A DNA stretch of 12,353 nucleotides from Cyanobacteria bacterium P01_A01_bin.123. Lineage in GTDB: Bacteria > Cyanobacteriota > Cyanobacteriia > Phormidesmidales > Phormidesmidaceae. Made by a program: the position numbers and the translations under genes. Positions 6,892 to 12,353 of this stretch are shown piece by piece. Under the pieces are notes generated by a model, which did not search any database, had not been told where the DNA came from, and saw only the letters and a program-made list of their open reading frames with translations. The stretch lies in the NCBI GenBank assembly GCA_039815185.1, contig JBCBZT010000102.1:1-12353 (forward strand). The letters run 5' to 3'. Within the stretch, counting starts at the first letter, position 1. The number at the start of each line of letters is the position of its first letter.

Positions 6892-7995
6892 ATGCAAACG
6901 TCACTTCCCCAACTTTCCGAGTTCCGTTCAAACCGCCAGAATAGTAGCCGCTATCTCAAACAGATGTGTGGTTCTGGACAGCTCTTTCGCGATCGCTACC
7001 GCCTGATCCGAGTTTTAGGGCGGGGCGGTTTTGGCGTGACCTACCTGTCCCAAGATGTGATGCTGCCGGGTTTACCCCTGTGTGTGATCAAGCAACTTTC
7101 GCCCAAAGCTAGCAATCCCTTATCCCTAGAGCGGGCCAAGGTTCGATTCAAGCGAGAGGCACGGACGCTAGCAAAGTTAGGCAGTCACTCGCAAATTCCG
7201 ATGCTGCTCGATTACTTCACGATCAAGGGGGAGTTTTTCCTGGTTCAAGAGTATATCCGGGGGGAAACGTTAACGAAAGAGGTTCGCCGTTCTGGTATCC
7301 AACCAGAAGCAAAGGTCAAAGACTTTCTCAAGGAATTGATTTCGGTGGTGAAGTACATTCACAAACACCGAGTGATACATCGAGACATCAAACCCCCCAA
7401 TATCATTCGTTGCCAGGCTCACAATCGGTTGGTTCTAATTGACTTTGGCGCTGTGCGCGAAGGCCTAGCAGAGGCTGAAGACCATGCCTATCGCCCCCCC
7501 ACCACACAATTTGTGGGCACGCTGGGGTTTGCGCCACCAGAGCAGTTAGCGCTACGGCCCAGATACGCCAGCGATATTTACGCCATGGGGGTGACCTGTC
7601 TGTATTTGTTGACGGGGCGATCGCCGATGGAATTTGAAACCGACCTCGATACGGGTGAGTTGAAGTGGCAATACAGTGCCAATGTCAGTCGCCACTTTGA
7701 AGGGGTCTTGAACAAGATGCTCAAGCCCGACGTGAACGATCGCTATCAAAGCTTGGGGGATCTCGAACGGGCCTTAGATTTAGAGCCCTATTTGAGCGCT
7801 TTGTCAGATTGTATGAACACTAAAGCACCTTCGAACTCGTCACCGTTAGAGGGGCAAATGGTGGTGCCGCTAGACAGCTACCTCACCCCAACTCAGCGCC
7901 GAGCCGCCGCCATTCGCAATTGGAAAGCCCGTCGCAAGGTTAAAGAAGGTGGCCATCAACGCATGATGTCTTCGAGTCCGGCGTTTCCGCTTTGA
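6892..7995 (+). CDS. Hanks-type serine/threonine protein kinase (soluble)
   Basis: LGRGGFG, CVIKQL, HRDIKPPN, DFG, GTLGFAPPEQ, SDIYAMG; no TM segment seen. Confidence 0.96.
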   Translation: MQTSLPQLSEFRSNRQNSSRYLKQMCGSGQLFRDRYRLIRVLGRGGFGVTYLSQDVMLPGLPLCVIKQLSPKASNPLSLERAKVRFKREARTLAKLGSHSQIPMLLDYFTIKGEFFLVQEYIRGETLTKEVRRSGIQPEAKVKDFLKELISVVKYIHKHRVIHRDIKPPNIIRCQAHNRLVLIDFGAVREGLAEAEDHAYRPPTTQFVGTLGFAPPEQLALRPRYASDIYAMGVTCLYLLTGRSPMEFETDLDTGELKWQYSANVSRHFEGVLNKMLKPDVNDRYQSLGDLERALDLEPYLSALSDCMNTKAPSNSSPLEGQMVVPLDSYLTPTQRRAAAIRNWKARRKVKEGGHQRMMSSSPAFPL

Positions 7996-8071
7996 TGCAG
8001 GTGCCAGCAGTCAGAATTCACTATGGTTCTATCTTCTGGGTGCTAGCTCACGGTTAATTGCCCACCCCAAC

Positions 8072-8980
8072 TTAATTCTCCCTGAGCCAATCCAAAACGT
8101 GATTGTTAATCCGGGTTGGATATTCGTCGTAAAGACAGTGTCCAGCAGCGGGTATTTCAATCAAGGTGATGTGGTCATTGAGGGGAGGAAGCTGTCGTCC
8201 CCAGGTAAGCGGAATCACGCGATCGGCGTCTCCCCATAGCAGCAGGGTGGGAATTTGGAGCCGCTGTATGAGCTGTTGGGTAGCCGGGGCAAATTGGGGG
8301 GTTGTGCGCGATCGCACTAAGTAACAGAGAGTCCTGGCGGCACCGCGATCGCGAGTGGGCCGTACATACTGTTCCACTAAAGCATCATCAACCCGTTCAG
8401 AAATTTGATAAACGCCCCCCAGGGTTTTGCGAATCACCCCCGGTTGCCGAAAGATTTGAAAAATCAGGCGAATCAGCAGCGGTGATGAAAACCATTGCTC
8501 CATCTTGCTAGAAACTGTCTCAACCCAACCCGATAGCAGTTCTTGACGCGCAGCAGGCAGAGTTAACATCACCAGCTTCTCAACCATTGCTGGATAAGTC
8601 ACCGTCGTCGTTAGCGCCACCAATGCCCCCAAAGAATGCCCCAGCAAGATCATCGGTCGGCCAATCCAAATTTGCCAAAAGTCATGAACCTGCTCGATCC
8701 AAAGCGATGTCCCAAAGCTAGTCGCTGCCTTTTGAGATCCGCCAAACCCCAGCAAGTCAATGGCATAAACCGAATGTTGTTGACTGAGCTCCAGAAGATT
8801 GTCGCGCCACTGTTGCAAACTAGCCCCAAACCCATGGATCAACAAAATCGGCGGGTTCTGCTCTGCTGCTATGGTGGCAGGCCGTAAGTAGGTGTAACGA
8901 ATTCGCCAACCCCGCCACAGCCACGTGCGTTGGTTGCCAAGGGAGGCATCTGCGGAAAAAGAGGCGTCATCCCAAAGCAT
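8072..8980 (-). CDS. Alpha/beta fold hydrolase
   Basis: HGFGAS oxyanion motif, DLLGFG, nucleophile elbow GHSLG, WGDADRVIP (Asp), AGHC (His). Confidence 0.95.
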   Translation of the reverse strand: MLWDDASFSADASLGNQRTWLWRGWRIRYTYLRPATIAAEQNPPILLIHGFGASLQQWRDNLLELSQQHSVYAIDLLGFGGSQKAATSFGTSLWIEQVHDFWQIWIGRPMILLGHSLGALVALTTTVTYPAMVEKLVMLTLPAARQELLSGWVETVSSKMEQWFSSPLLIRLIFQIFRQPGVIRKTLGGVYQISERVDDALVEQYVRPTRDRGAARTLCYLVRSRTTPQFAPATQQLIQRLQIPTLLLWGDADRVIPLTWGRQLPPLNDHITLIEIPAAGHCLYDEYPTRINNHVLDWLREN

Positions 8981-8982
8981 CG

Positions 8983-9525
8983 TTAATCCCTATTCCCAAA
9001 ATTTTCAACTAGCCAAACTAAGGTTTCAGTGTAAGTCTCATCCTCATTGCGATGGGTTTCAAGATGATTCATGCCAACTTTGAGGAGGACTCGGCGTGAG
9101 GCTTTGTTCTCGGGGGCAATAGTCGCAATCACTCGCGGTATCTTCAGATGCTCTCTGGCATAGTCCAACATGCCTCGAACGGCTTCAGTCGCTAGCCCCT
9201 GCCCCCAATAGGCGCGTAAAAGCGCGTATTTGATTTCAACCTGAGGTTGTCTCCCTGGATGAACAAGACCACAAAAACCTGCAATTGCATCGGTCCGTTT
9301 GAGCACCAACGCCGACATGCCGTAGCCGCGACTCATATAATTGCGATGGGTCACGTCAATCCACTGGATACATCCCTGGCGATCAAGGGGTTGACCATCA
9401 TCAACCCACTTCATAGCTTCAGCGTCTCCATAGACAGCATGCATCGCCTCGACATCTGCATCTGTGATATGACGCACGAGTAGACGCTCGGTCTGAAACA
9501 TTTCGTGTGGCTTATTTACTGTCAT
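8983..9525 (-). CDS. GNAT family N-acetyltransferase (RimJ/RimL-like)
   Basis: TERLLVR, YWGQGLATEA acetyl-CoA motif, ENKASRRVLLKVGM. Confidence 0.93.
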   Translation of the reverse strand: MTVNKPHEMFQTERLLVRHITDADVEAMHAVYGDAEAMKWVDDGQPLDRQGCIQWIDVTHRNYMSRGYGMSALVLKRTDAIAGFCGLVHPGRQPQVEIKYALLRAYWGQGLATEAVRGMLDYAREHLKIPRVIATIAPENKASRRVLLKVGMNHLETHRNEDETYTETLVWLVENFGNRD

Positions 9526-9909
9526 CTAGGATTGGCTTCCATTTCTGCTAAACCCCCTTGGCTCGTAGTGGGGGCAATTTTGACAAGGACCAGCGGCATT
9601 GACAGCGCAGCGAATCAGTTCTGAATGGGCATTGTAGCGGCAAGTCGCGTCGCCTAATACCCTGCGATCGCCGATTAAGCTGGTCTCTTTCGGTGGGGTT
9701 GCGGCTTGCACATAGAGATCAATTTTTGCCAGGTGATAACGGTTGGCTTTGAGCTGATAGCGGTGGCGTCGCTCTAGCACAGCATAGGTGTTGCCCTCAA
9801 AATTGACATAAGCTCCCGGATGAGGACTCCAGTCGAGATAGGCTTGTCCCAGCGATCGCTGGGGATGAGTCAAAATCAATTCTGTGGGTAGGGTATCCTG
9901 AGATGCCAT
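9526..9909 (-). CDS. Conserved cyanobacterial hypothetical protein (DUF6464-like) with a Cys-rich C-terminus
   Basis: LPTELILTHP...YAVLERRHRYQL...GDATCRYNAHSELIRCAVNAAGPCQNC. Family assigned from memory. ATG at 9909 (MASQD) is preferred to the track's non-ATG start at 10005, which overlaps the upstream gene. Confidence 0.8.
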   Translation of the reverse strand: MASQDTLPTELILTHPQRSLGQAYLDWSPHPGAYVNFEGNTYAVLERRHRYQLKANRYHLAKIDLYVQAATPPKETSLIGDRRVLGDATCRYNAHSELIRCAVNAAGPCQNCPHYEPRGFSRNGSQS

Positions 9910-9991
9910 GCCTGAGACCAATTCTAGACCTGCAATTTTGGATTTTAGATTACGCCTGAGCGATGCGGACTGGAGCGGCAACATTAACGGG

Positions 9992-10621
9992 TTAACCCTG
10001 GCCAACCGGTAAGAGCTCAGACTTGAACTCTAGATTATCTAAAATGATGGTCGCCGCTGCCCAATAGTCCTCTGCATAGGCATCGGGGTACAGCATAATC
10101 AGCTGCACGGTTTGGGTGTCCACTTCGCCTAAGATCAGTGCCCCGCTCACATCATTCTCTCCAGAGAAAGCGATTACCGTTCGCATCCAAGGATAATTCA
10201 ATCGTTTCACTAGGGCGGAGTCCTCTAACACCAGCCAGCCATTGCTTTCAAATAAGCCGCCAGGTTGGGTTACCGCTTGTTCTAGCTCCACAGGGGTGGT
10301 GCTGTCGGCAGGCAAGAGAAAACTCATCTTGGCAGTTTCCGAATCACTGCCTGTAACCGTAAATTCAAGACTAACGCCGGCTTGGGTCTCAGTGCCCACG
10401 GCTATAAACGAGTCTGGGTATTGCGTTGTGATTGGAATCGTGGGTTCTGTATAGACTTGGAGCGTAGCTTCGCTCAACGGCTGCTCTGCCAAGGTGGGTG
10501 GCGTCAGCGGGGTAGATTCTTCTCTCTCAGTCACCGCAGATCCATTGGGGGTAGACCGATTACAGGCGATCGCGAGCAGGCCCACTACGCCGAACATCAA
10601 TAGCTGTTTGAACTTCACCAT
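9992..10621 (-). CDS. Putative lipoprotein
   Basis: From ATG 10621: MVKFKQLLMFGVVGLLAIAC (basic N-terminus, hydrophobic core, lipobox-like LAIA|C), followed by a Pro/Thr-rich linker and an acidic globular domain. Confidence 0.8.
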   Translation of the reverse strand: MVKFKQLLMFGVVGLLAIACNRSTPNGSAVTEREESTPLTPPTLAEQPLSEATLQVYTEPTIPITTQYPDSFIAVGTETQAGVSLEFTVTGSDSETAKMSFLLPADSTTPVELEQAVTQPGGLFESNGWLVLEDSALVKRLNYPWMRTVIAFSGENDVSGALILGEVDTQTVQLIMLYPDAYAEDYWAAATIILDNLEFKSELLPVGQG

Positions 10622-10885
10622 AGGGTCTGAGGGCATAACGCATTGGGGTTGACACAACCGATTTGAATAGGCACTCACAGACTTGGCAGCATGAATGCCA
10701 AGATTCTAGCCTGCATTGTTGATCCGCTAAGTTAAACGATTCCTAAGAAATTTGAGTAACTGACTTGAGCCAGGAAAATATCCAACCCGGTAGATTCAAA
10801 TAACTCTCTTAGAGAAATAACAAGTTTTAGAAAGATCTGTCGGTAGCTTAGTCATGGCGTCGCATCCACTGGGAAATATGAGGAC

Positions 10886-12232
10886 ATGGCTGAGTCATTG
10901 TGTCTACCTTTGTCATGCTTTAGCAGAATGTTTACCTTGCGCAACAGCTTAAGATCTAAGCTCTTTGTCTCTTGCTCGTTGTTGTCATTGACAACTATTT
11001 TGTCTGTGTCAGTCACGGCATTTATTCTGGCTAAAAATGCGTTGAGAGAATCGCTCTATGAAAAGCTAACGATTACCACAGAAGCTAAGCAGGCGGAGGT
11101 TCAGCGGTGGTTTGACACTCAGCGCCAAGACGTTGTGTTGCTCTCGCAACTACCAGAAATTCGCAGGGATACGGCTACCCTACTGGCTCAAGAGAACGAT
11201 AATTCGGAAGCTCAAAGGGCTTATGAGTTTCTGTCTGCCTATTTCGCAGACTTAACCCAGACTAAGACCGACCTTAAAAAAATCTCGATCCTCACCACGG
11301 GGGGGGTAGTTGTTGTTTCAACCGATCAAGCTTCGGAGCAGCTTTATCAACCCCTGGGTAATACCACTACCTATTTCGAACCCGATCAAGCACAGCTTAA
11401 TCCCACTTTTTATCGCTCTGCGATCACAGGGAAACCCACTATCACATTGGCTACGCCTATCTTTAATCAGGCCAATCAGCGGGTAGGGGTGATATCTGTC
11501 GATCTCGATTTGCAGCGCGTGGATGACTTCACGCGATCGAGCCAATATCTGGGTGCCACGGGGGCAACCTATCTCATTGGTCGCCTGGAGCAAGAGAATT
11601 CGTTTATCTCTCTAAACGCTAACGCGTCAGCCGATCAAGCGACTGTTCAACCTAATCAGCCACCCATTAGTGAAGGGATTACCCTGGCGACTAATCGGCA
11701 AAACGGTAAGGGCCTTTACCACAACTACAAAGGACAACCCGTCATTGGCGTTTATCGCTGGCTCGATGATCAAAATTTGGCCTTACTGGCTGAGATTCAT
11801 CAGACCGAGGCCTTTGCTCCAGCTCGACGCTTAGCTGGGAGAATTTTTTGGGTAGGGCTTTTGACGGCGGGCTGTCTACAAATCGTCATTTATGGGTTTG
11901 CGCGCCGGGCAACCCGACCCTTATTAGACATTCGGGATGCCGCAGAACAAATGGCCGATGGTGAATTAACACACAAATTACCGGTGCTGAGTGAGGACGA
12001 GATTGGCAGTTTATCTCGGGCGTTTAACAAGATGGCAAACCGATTGCAGGCATCTTTTTCTAACCTCAAAGCTACAAATGCTGAACTGGCGCGATCGCTA
12101 AATGAAGTTAAACGCATTCAAATCCAGCTCGTGCAAGCTGAAAAAATGTCTGCCCTGGGCAATCTGGTCGCCGGGGTAGCCCATGAAATTAATAATCCCC
12201 TCGGGTTCATTGCGGGAGCATCCCGAATGTGA
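10886..12232 (+). pseudogene. Truncated Cache/HAMP sensor histidine kinase (ends just after the H-box; no ATPase domain)
   Basis: TM, dCache-like region (FYRSAITGKPTITLATPIF...GVISVDL; YHNYKGQPVIGVYRWL), TM, HAMP (DEIGSLSRAFNKM), H-box EKMSALGNLVAGVAHEINNPLGFIAG, then ASRM-stop. All three + frames hit stops by 12251. Alternative start at 10928. Confidence 0.8.
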
Positions 12233-12353
12233 AAAAACATTAGATTGCTAGGGAGCCATTGAGATAAGTACAGCGAAGAGAAAGCATAGCATTGACATTG
12301 TCAGCTTTCCACTGAGCCCCCGAGATTTTCAACCGACGGTCAATCTGTTTGAC
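12214..12353 (+). mobile_element. Candidate end of an insertion sequence interrupting the kinase
   Basis: Kinase similarity is lost abruptly at GGGAGCATCCCGAATGTG. No transposase, second end or target duplication is visible in the window, so this is an inference. Confidence 0.4.

Larger units (their letters stand above)
1399..12098. repeat. Dispersed HIP1 octamers (GCGATCGC)
   Basis: Found by eye starting at 1399, 2877, 3239, 3570, 3951, 4507, 6644, 6989, 8308, 8345, 9664, 9852, 10566 and 12091. HIP1 abundance is a known cyanobacterial hallmark. Confidence 0.92.

Noticed and set aside
9910..10005. N-terminal extension of the DUF6464-like ORF given in the track
   Set aside because: Non-ATG start that overlaps the lipoprotein stop; the recognisable sequence begins after ATG 9909.
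6501..12117. Remaining 60-91 aa ORFs overlapping the kinases, hydrolase, GNAT and lipoprotein
   Set aside because: They lie entirely within well-supported genes and have no independent evidence.

Overview
Cyanobacterial chromosomal window, with 14 HIP1 GCGATCGC sites counted by eye. Left to right: the 5' part of an RTX-type Ca-binding repeat protein gene missing from the ORF track (minus strand, runs off the left edge), an RskA-like anti-sigma and ECF sigma pair, a 687-aa membrane-anchored helical-repeat protein, an OmpR-family regulator plus HAMP histidine kinase, a Hanks-type Ser/Thr kinase, an alpha/beta hydrolase, a GNAT, a DUF6464-like protein, a lipoprotein, and a Cache/HAMP sensor kinase that breaks off just after its H-box, probably at an insertion junction. 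The most notable signal is in the 536-bp spacer between the anti-sigma and RTX genes. It holds two identically spaced copies of CCCATCCAA-N10-CATTCGTAT, which fit a SigK-type ECF promoter, each followed by hairpins, including a ~200-nt structured leader. This suggests a compact sigma/anti-sigma/RTX-target module.
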